64,000 bases of DNA, taken from NCBI GenBank assembly GCA_001512495.1, contig LFRU01000082.1:50775-114774 (forward strand), written 5' to 3'. Shown one piece after another: positions 1-8,799 of the stretch. Origin of the DNA: Syntrophothermus sp. DTU052 (GTDB lineage Bacteria; Bacillota; Syntrophomonadia; Syntrophomonadales; DTU052). Position numbers and translations under genes: made by a program. Position 1 is the first letter of the stretch. Each line of letters begins with the position of its first letter. The notes under the pieces are model-generated. The model did not search any database and was not told where the DNA came from. It worked only from the letters and a program-made list of their open reading frames with translations.

Positions 1-1
1 C

Positions 2-373
2 GGGATGTTCGAACACCCGATTTGGGATGAACTCTCTTCCCGCTGTATGAACTGTGGGGTCTGTACCTATGTGTGCCCCACCTGCTATTGTTTCGACATC
101 CAGGTGACTACCCGGGGAGAAGCCGGCAGCCGTTTCCGCTGCTGGGACTCCTGTATGTATAAAGAGTATACGCAGATGGCCGGCGGCCATAACCCGCGAG
201 AATACAAGAAGGAGAGATTCCGCCAACGCTTTTTGCACAAACTGCAATACTTCAATGAGCGTTATAATGCCAACCTGTGCATCGGGTGCGGTCGCTGCGT
301 AATCATGTGTCCTAACGGGGTAAATGTCCTGGAGGTAATCAATAAGCTAAAGGAGGTGCCCCTTGATGCATGA
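2..373 (+). CDS. 4Fe-4S dicluster protein, C-terminal part (AsrA / sulfhydrogenase-beta-like); 5' end outside window
   Basis: ORF open to window edge; two ferredoxin-type motifs CMNCGVCTYVCP and CIGCGRCVIMCP; stop overlaps start of next gene. Confidence 0.7.
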   Translation, partial: GMFEHPIWDELSSRCMNCGVCTYVCPTCYCFDIQVTTRGEAGSRFRCWDSCMYKEYTQMAGGHNPREYKKERFRQRFLHKLQYFNERYNANLCIGCGRCVIMCPNGVNVLEVINKLKEVPLDA

Positions 374-1223
374 TCACAACCACGAATGCACTTGTGAGGA
401 TCATGGCCATACCAACCCCCTGGTTCCAACGATGGTTAAAGTATGGCAGATAGTGGAGGAAACTCCCGATGTAAAGACCTTTTATGTAACTACGGAAGAC
501 GGACTTCCTTTTAAGGTTATGCCCGGGCAACTGGCTATGGTATCACAGCTGCCGGTGGGCGAGGGGATGTTCTCCGTCTCCTGGCAGGCAGAGGACCACC
601 TCCAGTTTGCCATTAAAAAGGTGGGACTCTTGACCGAAGCCCTGCACGAAATTGAAGTAGGCCAGACCCTGGGGGTCAGAGGTCCCTATGGCAACGGCTT
701 CCCGGTTGATGAGTGCAAGGGCAAGGATATGCTGTTTATTGGCGGCGGCATCGGCCTGGCACCTTTACGCTCCTTTATTAAATACTGCTTTACCCACCGC
801 CAGGATTACGGCAAGATCACGATCCTGTATGGCGCCCGCAGCTATGATGATCTGTGCTTCAAGAGGGAGCTCTTTGAGGAGTGGCCGCAGGTTCCGGACT
901 GCAAGGTTTTTGTGACCATAGACAATCCGGAAGAAAAGTGGGACGGCCATGTAGGTTTTGTCCCGGCTTACCTGGAAGAGATCAACCCTTCACCGGAGGG
1001 GACAATTGCCGTTACCTGCGGGCCGCCTATTATGATCAAGTTTGTCCTGCAGTCTCTGGAGAAGATGGGCTTTACCGATGATCAGGTAATAACCACCCTG
1101 GAGATGAGAATGAAATGCGGTATCGGTAAGTGCGGCCGCTGCAACATCGGCAGCGAATACATCTGCCTGGACGGCCCAGTCTTTACCCTGGCTCAGCTTA
1201 AGCAATTACCCCCAGAGTGGTAG
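366..1223 (+). CDS. FAD/NAD(P)-binding oxidoreductase subunit with C-terminal 2Fe-2S site (AsrB / HydG / PyrK-like)
   Basis: ferredoxin-reductase-type motifs (LFIGGGIGLAPL, ILYGAR) and C-terminal CGIGKCGRCN; start TTG 363 or ATG 366; no asrC-like gene follows. Confidence 0.8.
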   Translation: MHDHNHECTCEDHGHTNPLVPTMVKVWQIVEETPDVKTFYVTTEDGLPFKVMPGQLAMVSQLPVGEGMFSVSWQAEDHLQFAIKKVGLLTEALHEIEVGQTLGVRGPYGNGFPVDECKGKDMLFIGGGIGLAPLRSFIKYCFTHRQDYGKITILYGARSYDDLCFKRELFEEWPQVPDCKVFVTIDNPEEKWDGHVGFVPAYLEEINPSPEGTIAVTCGPPIMIKFVLQSLEKMGFTDDQVITTLEMRMKCGIGKCGRCNIGSEYICLDGPVFTLAQLKQLPPEW

Positions 1224-1256
1224 AGTTCGCCGGTTAAAGCAGTCTTTGAGCATGAA

Positions 1257-1291
1257 AAGGGTCTCGCCCAAGGGCGGGACCCTTAAATTTT
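1257..1291 (+). terminator. rho-independent terminator candidate
   Basis: aagggtctcgccc / gggcgggaccctt stem (one G-U pair) followed by aaatttt, 34 nt after stop of upstream gene. Confidence 0.6.
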
Positions 1292-1369
1292 ACGCCTGTT
1301 CCGGGGCTGGGGAGCAGAGAAAAATGAAGTTACACTCGCCCACCTAGTGGCGGCCAGACCGGGGTTGGA

Positions 1370-1510
1370 TTAGCGGGCGAAGATCTCAGGACCAAAAAGA
1401 TAACCCAGGTAGAAGACTAGAACGATGGCAACTACGTGCAAGATCCACCACCCGGTCTGGAGAAAACCCCAGGTTTTCAGGTCATAGCGATTGCTGATCT
1501 GCTCACTCAT
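1370..1510 (-). CDS. small membrane protein (46 aa)
   Basis: internal ATG at 1510 preceded by GGGGGTG Shine-Dalgarno; one hydrophobic helix (WWILHVVAIVLVFYLGYLF); longer ORF-track start lacks an SD. Confidence 0.45.
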   Translation of the reverse strand: MSEQISNRYDLKTWGFLQTGWWILHVVAIVLVFYLGYLFGPEIFAR

Positions 1511-1686
1511 CAGTGCACCCCCTTCATAATTGTTCTGTAGCGATGGTTTACTTTCCCATAGATTTTCCCTTAATGCCGTTATTTTATGTGATGAGGATTG
1601 TCCGGCGGGGTTTACAAAGTGCGGAGCATGAATACAATAGAAACGTATAAGTACACAAAACTGTGCACAAGGAGGAAGCATCCCCT

Positions 1687-2934
1687 ATGGATTCAACCAA
1701 GTACAGCCAGGCTGATTTTGCCTCTATTGAAGGCAAGGACATCATGGAACGAGCCGCAATCTTTGCGGAATTCTTGAATGACACCAGGGAGAGGCGCCAT
1801 CTTCAGTATCGGCGGGTCTCCCTCTCGGGTTCTGCTCCGGTGATGCAGGTGCAGGATCCTTATACCGGGCAGATACGCGATATGATATATTTCGGTTCCA
1901 ATGATTATCTGAACCTGACCCGCCACCCCCGGGTGATAAAAGCGGGGCATGAAGCCTTGGATAAATATGGGGCTGGAGCCGGCAGCGTGCCGCTTCTGGG
2001 GGGAACCTTGGATATCCATGTGCGGCTGGAGGAGGATTTGGCCCGGTTTAAGGCGTGTGAGGCGGCGATGATTTACACTTCCGGATTTGGATCCAACGCC
2101 GGGACCCTGATATCCCTGCTGCAGAAAGATGATTGTGCAATCCTGGATATGTTGGACCATGCCTCCATAGTTGACGGTTGTATTAATACCAACATCCGGT
2201 ATTTCAGCCACAACAACATGGAATCCCTGGAAAGGGTGCTTAAACGCAGCCGGGATAAATACCGCACCAAGCTGGTAGTAGTGGACGGGGTATATTCAAT
2301 GGACGGGGATATCGCCAAGCTGGACCAGATAGTGGAGCTGGCCCATCACTACGGTGCTTACGTTATGGTTGATGAGGCCCACGCTACCGGTGTTATTGGA
2401 GATAACGGGCGGGGAACCCCGGAGCACTTCCACATTGAGGGAAAGGTTGACATCGTGGCCGGAACCCTTTCCAAGGCCCTGGGAGCTGTAGGGGGCTTTA
2501 TTGCCGCCAGTAAACCCCTGATTGATCTGATAAGGTTTTATTCCCGTTCGTATATCTTCTCTACTGCCATGACCCCACAGGCGGCCGGTTCACTTATCGA
2601 AGCCCTGAAGGTGATTGAGGAAGAACCGGAACTGCGCCAAAAACTCTGGGATAACATCAGGTACTTTCGTAAGGGACTTACCAGCATCGGATTTGATCTG
2701 GGGAATGCTGAGACGGCTATATTCCCCATCATCATCGGCGATGACCTGAAGGTGAAAGAGATCTGTCGGCGCTGTCACGAGGAGAACCTGTATGTGAACC
2801 CGGTTGTGTACCCGGCGGTTTCCAAAAAACTCTCCCGCATCAGGATTAGCCTGACCGCCGGGCATACCAGGGAGCATATGGATCGGGCTCTGGACATCCT
2901 GGAGAGCCTGGGCAAGGAATACAGTATTATCTAG
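1687..2934 (+). CDS. PLP-dependent alpha-oxoamine synthase family acyltransferase (BioF / Kbl / Spt-like)
   Basis: motifs GSNDYLNL, DEAHATGVIGDNGRGT, GTLSKALG (PLP lysine); AAGGAGG SD upstream of ATG 1687; subfamily not resolvable by eye. Confidence 0.85.
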   Translation: MDSTKYSQADFASIEGKDIMERAAIFAEFLNDTRERRHLQYRRVSLSGSAPVMQVQDPYTGQIRDMIYFGSNDYLNLTRHPRVIKAGHEALDKYGAGAGSVPLLGGTLDIHVRLEEDLARFKACEAAMIYTSGFGSNAGTLISLLQKDDCAILDMLDHASIVDGCINTNIRYFSHNNMESLERVLKRSRDKYRTKLVVVDGVYSMDGDIAKLDQIVELAHHYGAYVMVDEAHATGVIGDNGRGTPEHFHIEGKVDIVAGTLSKALGAVGGFIAASKPLIDLIRFYSRSYIFSTAMTPQAAGSLIEALKVIEEEPELRQKLWDNIRYFRKGLTSIGFDLGNAETAIFPIIIGDDLKVKEICRRCHEENLYVNPVVYPAVSKKLSRIRISLTAGHTREHMDRALDILESLGKEYSII

Positions 2935-3145
2935 CTTTTCCAGGGGAAGCAGGGGGTCGGCTCCTTCTTCCCTTTGCTCCCCTGCTATACTCCATTCGGC
3001 CGTACGCCGTTTCTCGAGCCGAACACCTTCATTATTAATTGTTACGGCTTTCAACGCGATTCCCGGTATTATTCCGTACTATGTTAAATTCTCCTAATTT
3101 CTGCTACGATAGATTAAGCAACAGTTTTCGGGAGGCATATTTCAA

Positions 3146-3562
3146 GTGTCGGTGCAGGAGATAAGGATCAAGAACGATGGAAAATGGTATGCAGATGACC
3201 GTCTAATGTTTCGCAAAGCGATAGTTAAACTCTTTGCCACCAACTTGGTGCGGGATGAAAATGATCAGTACTTCATCAAGCTGAATCAGGAGACTTTCCC
3301 GGTGGTTGTGGAGGATGTGCCCTTCCTGGCTACTGATGCCTATGTGGATGGGGGCGCAATCGTTTTTGTCCTGTACGACGAGCAGGAGCTGAGGGTGGAG
3401 GAAGAAGTCCCGGTGGTATTCATCGACGACACCCCCTACCTCAGTTTCAGATGGGAAAACGATACCCGTATCAGCCGTTCGGCATTTTGGATGGTGAGCA
3501 ATTTCCTGGTGGAAAGAGACAACCAAGTGTATCTGGTCCCTCCTGGAAAGCTGCATGATTAG
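3146..3562 (+). CDS. DUF1285-like protein
   Basis: IRIKNDGKWY...IVKLFATNLVRD...VVVEDVPF pattern matches my memory of DUF1285; GTG start. Confidence 0.6.
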   Translation: MSVQEIRIKNDGKWYADDRLMFRKAIVKLFATNLVRDENDQYFIKLNQETFPVVVEDVPFLATDAYVDGGAIVFVLYDEQELRVEEEVPVVFIDDTPYLSFRWENDTRISRSAFWMVSNFLVERDNQVYLVPPGKLHD

Positions 3563-3574
3563 GGGGAGTAAAGC

Positions 3575-4405
3575 ATGATCAGGGTTATTACTGACAGCGG
3601 TTGTGACCTGCCGATGGAGGTACTGGAGGAAAACCAGATCGAGATGGTGCCTCTCAAAGTTACTTTTGAGGATGGAGAGAGTTACCTGGATCGGGTGGAG
3701 ATAAGCCCCCGGGAATTCAGGGAAAAAATGTACCGTTGCAGGGAGCTTCCCAAGACTGCAGCACCCGATCCCAATACTTTTATGGAGGTCTTTCGCCGGG
3801 CATTGAATGAAGCGGGAGAAGCGGTTTGTATATGTATTTCCTCAGGGCTGAGCAGTACTTACCAGTCTGCTGTGCTGGCTCGTGATATGCTGGGGACCGA
3901 GAAGGTCAAAATCATCGACTCGCTGTCCGCCTCTCTGGGTGAAGGCATCCTGGCAATTCGAGCGGCTGATCTGGCCAGGCAGGGACTGCCTCTAAATACG
4001 GTGTTCGAGATGCTCATAAACTATCGCGACAACCTGAAAACGGTTTTTACCCTCGATACCCTGGAAAATATAGTCAAGGGGGGACGGCTCACCAAGTTTC
4101 AGGGACTGGTGGGTAATATCCTGGACATTAAACCGCTGTTTCACGGGGTGGAGGGCAAGGTGGAGGTCCTGGAAAAGCTCCGGGGACGCCGCCGCGCCTT
4201 GCGGCGGATGGTTTCCCTGATCGGGGAGATGTCCAGGGAAGTTGAGGGGTGTATCATCGGATTGTCTCACATGGACTGTCTGGGCGAAGTAACTGAACTC
4301 AAAAAGGAAATTGAAAGACTGTATAAACCGGCCAGGATACTGGTCGCTGAGATGGGAAGCACCCTTGGCACCTATGCCGGAAAAGGCGGTATTATGGCCT
4401 TTTAG
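3575..4405 (+). CDS. DegV family fatty-acid-binding protein
   Basis: N-terminal MIRVITDSGCDLP and overall length typical of DegV. Confidence 0.9.
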   Translation: MIRVITDSGCDLPMEVLEENQIEMVPLKVTFEDGESYLDRVEISPREFREKMYRCRELPKTAAPDPNTFMEVFRRALNEAGEAVCICISSGLSSTYQSAVLARDMLGTEKVKIIDSLSASLGEGILAIRAADLARQGLPLNTVFEMLINYRDNLKTVFTLDTLENIVKGGRLTKFQGLVGNILDIKPLFHGVEGKVEVLEKLRGRRRALRRMVSLIGEMSREVEGCIIGLSHMDCLGEVTELKKEIERLYKPARILVAEMGSTLGTYAGKGGIMAF

Positions 4406-4523
4406 GCATCAGAGGGATAAGACGGTGTGAAAAGTAGTTTAGTAACTGCTGGATACTTACGATATCATAATGCTCTTGTACTGAGCTTTCACACCGTCCT
4501 AGTTTTCCTATGATGCAATCAGC

Positions 4524-5399
4524 TTAAAGGTAATACAGATCCGCCGGTCGGAATTGCTCCTCGGGAATTGTCAGAGCCCGCTCGATTTCAGCCAGCATGG
4601 TCTCCCGGTCACGAGGCAGCTGACCGGTGATGTTCCAGTAGTTGGAGATATGGTCACTCACTACCCAACTGCCATCGGCGTTCAACTCCTGCAGGAGGAG
4701 GCGGATTTCTTCCAGGGCCTGGTGCGGACTGAGCAGTTGAAAACGGCCTTCCCGGTATTCCTCGAACAGCGGGGTGTTGGGTACCGGCACCAGGGTTCTC
4801 AGCCTGATGAATTCCGGGCTGATGGCGGAAAGCACCCGGGCGCTCTCACGGGCGTGTTCCACGGTCCTTTCCAGGCCGCCGACGCCTACCAGGTAGTATT
4901 CGCTCAGTTGGATACCGGCCTCACGCACCTTGGTTCCGGCCCGGATGATCTGCTCCGAGGTTGTTCCCTTTCTCACCCTTTCCAGGGTAACGTCGTCACC
5001 GGTTTCCATCCCCATATGGATGCGGTTTAACCTGGCCTCTCGGAGTCGTATGAGATCCTCGAGGGATTTCTTGTCAACAAAGCGGGCGGAACCGTAGACG
5101 GTGATCCGCTCCAGGCGGGGAAAAAGGGTACGGGCGAACTCAAAAATCTGTACCAAATCATCGGTTTTCATTATAATTGTATTACCGTCAGGCAGAAACA
5201 GCGATTTTACCCAGGGACCGTAATGATCCCGTGCCATCCACAGATCGGCTTTGATCTCGTTTACAGGACGCAGCCGGAAACGGGTGCCTTTGTACATATC
5301 ACAAAAAGTACATTTATTATGGGGGCAACCGATGGTTGCCTGAATCAGCAGGCTGTTGGCCTCACTGGGGGGCCGGTAAACAGTGCCTTCGTAGCGCAT
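4524..5399 (-). CDS. radical SAM domain protein
   Basis: cysteine triad GCPHNKCTFCDMY near N-terminus, TIM-barrel-length protein; specific function unknown. Confidence 0.75.
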   Translation of the reverse strand: MRYEGTVYRPPSEANSLLIQATIGCPHNKCTFCDMYKGTRFRLRPVNEIKADLWMARDHYGPWVKSLFLPDGNTIIMKTDDLVQIFEFARTLFPRLERITVYGSARFVDKKSLEDLIRLREARLNRIHMGMETGDDVTLERVRKGTTSEQIIRAGTKVREAGIQLSEYYLVGVGGLERTVEHARESARVLSAISPEFIRLRTLVPVPNTPLFEEYREGRFQLLSPHQALEEIRLLLQELNADGSWVVSDHISNYWNITGQLPRDRETMLAEIERALTIPEEQFRPADLYYL

Positions 5400-5592
5400 T
5401 CTCGTACCTCCATTTGTGGGTTGTTTAATATAATAGCCAGGTTTCGGCCCGTGATTGGCGAAACTTGATGAGTCAGGATATAAGGGACAAAATTCCGGGC
5501 AGGGATTAGATATACTAGGATTAAGTCACCCGTTAAATACCTACATATAAGATAGCAGAAGACCACTTTTTTGAATAGAGGAGGGCTGGCGC

Positions 5593-6132
5593 ATGTACAG
5601 AGTTTCCCCGGAGGAATCCGTACTTGTGGTAATAGATCTCCAGGAGAGGTTAATGAGGGTCATGCCTGATCGTGAGCAGGTCATTCGTAATACCCTGATA
5701 CTTCTGGAGTTGGCCAACCAGTTTCAGATCCCGGTAATCGTTACCGAACAGTATCCGAAAGGATTGGGTCCCACAGTTCCTGAAATCGCCTCTAAACTGA
5801 AGGGGAACCGCTTGCTGGAGAAGATAACCTTTTCCGCCTGCCCGGAACTCGTCGGTCTTATTAAGGAGACCGGTCGCACCCGGGTATTGCTGGTAGGGAG
5901 TGAGACTCACGTCTGTGTATATCAGACGGTGCGGGATCTATTGGCCGCCGGTTATAAGGTGCAGGTGCCCTGTGATGCGGTATGTTCCCGACGCACGTTA
6001 AACTATGAGAACGGGTTATCTCTGATGAAGGAGTTGGGAGCCGTCATCACCAATACCGAAACCCTGGTCTTCGATATGCTTAAGATCTCGGGAACCAAGG
6101 AATTCAAAGTAATGTCACCACTTGTTAAGTAA
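5593..6132 (+). CDS. isochorismatase-family hydrolase
   Basis: VLVVIDLQERL, VTEQYPKGLG, VGSETHVCVYQT (catalytic Cys region). Confidence 0.85.
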   Translation: MYRVSPEESVLVVIDLQERLMRVMPDREQVIRNTLILLELANQFQIPVIVTEQYPKGLGPTVPEIASKLKGNRLLEKITFSACPELVGLIKETGRTRVLLVGSETHVCVYQTVRDLLAAGYKVQVPCDAVCSRRTLNYENGLSLMKELGAVITNTETLVFDMLKISGTKEFKVMSPLVK

Positions 6133-6152
6133 CGCCTTCTGGAGGTGGCGGT

Positions 6153-6938
6153 ATGGCAATTAAGGTTCTGATAATAGATGATGATGAACGGGAAAGGATT
6201 GTTCTCCGTTATATCATTGAACAGATGGATGATGTAAAGATAATCGGCGAAGCCACCAATGGAATTGAAGGGGTGATGCTGGCCAAGGAAAAGAAACCGG
6301 ATCTGGTGCTGCTCGATATCTTTATGCCGGAACTGAATGGGATAGAAACTGCCCGCCGTTTGCGTGAACTTCCCCATCCCCCCTTATTTGTATTTGTCAC
6401 CGTGCATGCGGAAAAGGCGGTGGAAGCCTTTGAGGTTGGCGCTTTAGATTATATTGTTAAACCCATTGAACCCGGGCGGATAAGAGAGACTATCGAAAGG
6501 GCCAACAAGAGTCTGGCCCATGAGAAATACATATCCGCCAGGGTAGAGGATAAGCTCCGCGAGCGGATCAACGCCCTGTTAAGGAGCATGCGGCGGGAAG
6601 AAATCACTTACGCCAAGCTGCCGATTAAGGAGCGGGGCAGGATCATCCTTCTCAATCAGGAGGATATAGTATACGCGGAAGCTCGGGATAAAAAGGTCTA
6701 CATTTGTACTGATGAAGGTGAGTTTGCCTCCACCTATACCCTTAACCAGTTGGAAAATAGGCTGGACAGCACCAGATTCTTCCGGGTTCATCAGGCTTTT
6801 ATTGTCAATCTCAACCGGGCCAAGGAAATAGTACCTTTCGGTGAGGGTTCCTATATGATCATACTGGATGAGAATGATAAACAGATTATTCTAAGTCGGG
6901 CGCGAGCCCGGGTCTTGAAAAAGAAGTTGGGGATATAA
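6153..6938 (+). CDS. LytTR-family response regulator (no adjacent kinase)
   Basis: receiver domain (IIDDDE..., LLDIFMP, KP) plus C-terminal LytTR domain (FFRVHQAFIVNL). Confidence 0.9.
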   Translation: MAIKVLIIDDDERERIVLRYIIEQMDDVKIIGEATNGIEGVMLAKEKKPDLVLLDIFMPELNGIETARRLRELPHPPLFVFVTVHAEKAVEAFEVGALDYIVKPIEPGRIRETIERANKSLAHEKYISARVEDKLRERINALLRSMRREEITYAKLPIKERGRIILLNQEDIVYAEARDKKVYICTDEGEFASTYTLNQLENRLDSTRFFRVHQAFIVNLNRAKEIVPFGEGSYMIILDENDKQIILSRARARVLKKKLGI

Positions 6939-7135
6939 TAACGACCGTTTATCATAACAAACCGACCGATTAGAAGCTGATTTGTCAATAGTATTCGTTT
7001 TTCCCACGCGCATAAATATTCAAATTGGTAATTGCCGACCTGGAAATACCCCGGTTTTGCGGAATAACTTATCACGTTCCGTCTTATTCTTGGGACTACC
7101 TTTGTGAAAGAACTAACTATCCCTTATTTCCGACC
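6939..7135 (+). promoter_or_regulatory. intergenic leader with four CCGACC / CGACCG motifs
   Basis: CGACCG at 6941, CCGACCG at 6961 (21 bp offset), CCGACC at 7035 and 7130; lies between LytTR regulator stop and next operon. Confidence 0.3.
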
Positions 7136-7234
7136 AAATAGCGAATGAGATAGTGAAAAATTTAACAATGACTGGTATCATAATATTAGCGGAGAATCGG
7201 ACGAACAATTAAATATGAAAGGAGGAGTAGGCCA

Positions 7235-7465
7235 ATGAGAGGACGAAACGGTACATACGGGGGAGCGGCCACAGACCCGTATGAGGATTTGTACCTGAGG
7301 GATGACTTCGAACTCGATGATTTGGAGGATGACGAAGTAGTCACGGTTTATGATGTGGACACCGTGCTCGGCTACACGGTGGACATATTAAAGGTCGGTT
7401 ACCCGTTTCTAATTCTGGTAGCGTTGTTCCTAAGCTTGATCTTTGTGTTCGGAATGTATTTCTAA
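7235..7465 (+). CDS. small protein, acidic N-terminus plus C-terminal transmembrane helix
   Basis: strong SD AAAGGAGGAG; DFELDDLEDDE acidic run; C-terminal FLILVALFLSLIFVFGMYF. Confidence 0.5.
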   Translation: MRGRNGTYGGAATDPYEDLYLRDDFELDDLEDDEVVTVYDVDTVLGYTVDILKVGYPFLILVALFLSLIFVFGMYF

Positions 7466-7499
7466 GCGGGATTTGTAAAAACCGCAGAAGGAGGGCAGA

Positions 7500-8702
7500 A
7501 TGAAACCATATTATGCCTTGGCCAGGCATGACGGGAATCAGCCTTTATTCAACCTGGTGGAAATGTCCATCGTGTCAACTCTGGCTGGTCAACCCTTGCA
7601 CCTGCATGCCGAAGGTTTGAGAGGAACCGGCAAGACCACCATTATGAGGGCAGCCCGGGAATTAATGCCCAAGATAACGCGCATATCCGGCTGTATCTAT
7701 AACTGCGACCCGGAAAAGCCGCACTGCCCGCTGCACCGGCATATGTCCCGGGAAGAGATTATGGCACTGGGCACTGAAGAGATTGACATGCCTTTTCTCG
7801 AAATATCACATTCAGCAAAGGTCGGCACTGTAGCAGGTAGTATTGACCTGGCCAAGATAACCGATGTCAATAACCCCCAAGCGGCTCTGCTCCCTGGAAT
7901 CATTCCCCAGGCGCACCGGGGGATAATCTTTATCGATGAGATAAACAGGCTGGCTGATACCTCACCGGAGATTACCGATATCCTGCTTGATGTCATGGGT
8001 AACAAGCCCGGGCGCCTGCAGATCGAAGAAGCCGGTTTGCCAACAGTAGAACTCACCATCCAGGTTTCGGTCTGGGCGGCATCCAATCCTGATGAGGACC
8101 CGGGACCGCTGGAGGAGGTCAGAAGGCAGCTTTCGGACCGGTTTGATATGGTTGTTTACATGGGACGTCCCGGTTCGGTAGATGTGGTAGTTAAGATGCT
8201 GGAGGGCAGCGACCGTGCCCGACGGGAAGAGGTTGACCCCCGGAACTATGAGGCGAAAAACCGTGAATTTCGGCAGCGCGCCGTGGAGATGGCCTCTACT
8301 TACAAGGTTACCGAGCTTCCCGACTTTCTGCGCAGTTTTATTGCACGGGTTTACATTAAGCACAACCTGGAAAGCATCAGGGCTATCGAAGCTGTTCAGC
8401 AGGGGGCAGTCCTGTACAGCATCCTTAAGAAACACAAGCAGATAATGATAAATGATGTTATCGAAATGCTTCCCCTGGCTCTCAAACACCGGGTCGACGG
8501 TGATACCCTGATTAAGATAATGAACGGACTGGAGAGCAGGTCATCCCGGGACAGCATTTTGAATATCAAGGACCGGCGAATCAGTAAAGCTACTAAAGAA
8601 AGGGAGGAGACATACTTTGAAGGCGGGGCGCGCCGTCTGAAGGACATGGGGCGTCAGGAGATTATTGCCACCGAGAAGGCACTGAACCCCAACGATTTCT
8701 AA
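7500..8702 (+). CDS. ChlI/BchI-like AAA+ ATPase (Mg-chelatase subunit I family)
   Basis: Walker A GLRGTGKTT, Walker B IIFIDEINRL, ChlI-type CIYNCDPEKPHCP motif, SDRFDM sensor region. Confidence 0.8.
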   Translation: MKPYYALARHDGNQPLFNLVEMSIVSTLAGQPLHLHAEGLRGTGKTTIMRAARELMPKITRISGCIYNCDPEKPHCPLHRHMSREEIMALGTEEIDMPFLEISHSAKVGTVAGSIDLAKITDVNNPQAALLPGIIPQAHRGIIFIDEINRLADTSPEITDILLDVMGNKPGRLQIEEAGLPTVELTIQVSVWAASNPDEDPGPLEEVRRQLSDRFDMVVYMGRPGSVDVVVKMLEGSDRARREEVDPRNYEAKNREFRQRAVEMASTYKVTELPDFLRSFIARVYIKHNLESIRAIEAVQQGAVLYSILKKHKQIMINDVIEMLPLALKHRVDGDTLIKIMNGLESRSSRDSILNIKDRRISKATKEREETYFEGGARRLKDMGRQEIIATEKALNPNDF

Positions 8703-8799
8703 CGCCGGATATCAGAGGATATCAGCCTATTGCACATGACAGTCAGCAGCAGTTAAAGCAGTTTGCAAGCAATAATGCACCGTTCCAGGGGTGAAAGTA

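Noticed and set aside
2-1223. Calling the first two genes anaerobic sulfite reductase asrAB
   Set aside because: No asrC-like siroheme subunit follows, and the pair is equally compatible with sulfhydrogenase/HydBG-type or other Fe-S flavoprotein complexes. Only a family-level call was kept.
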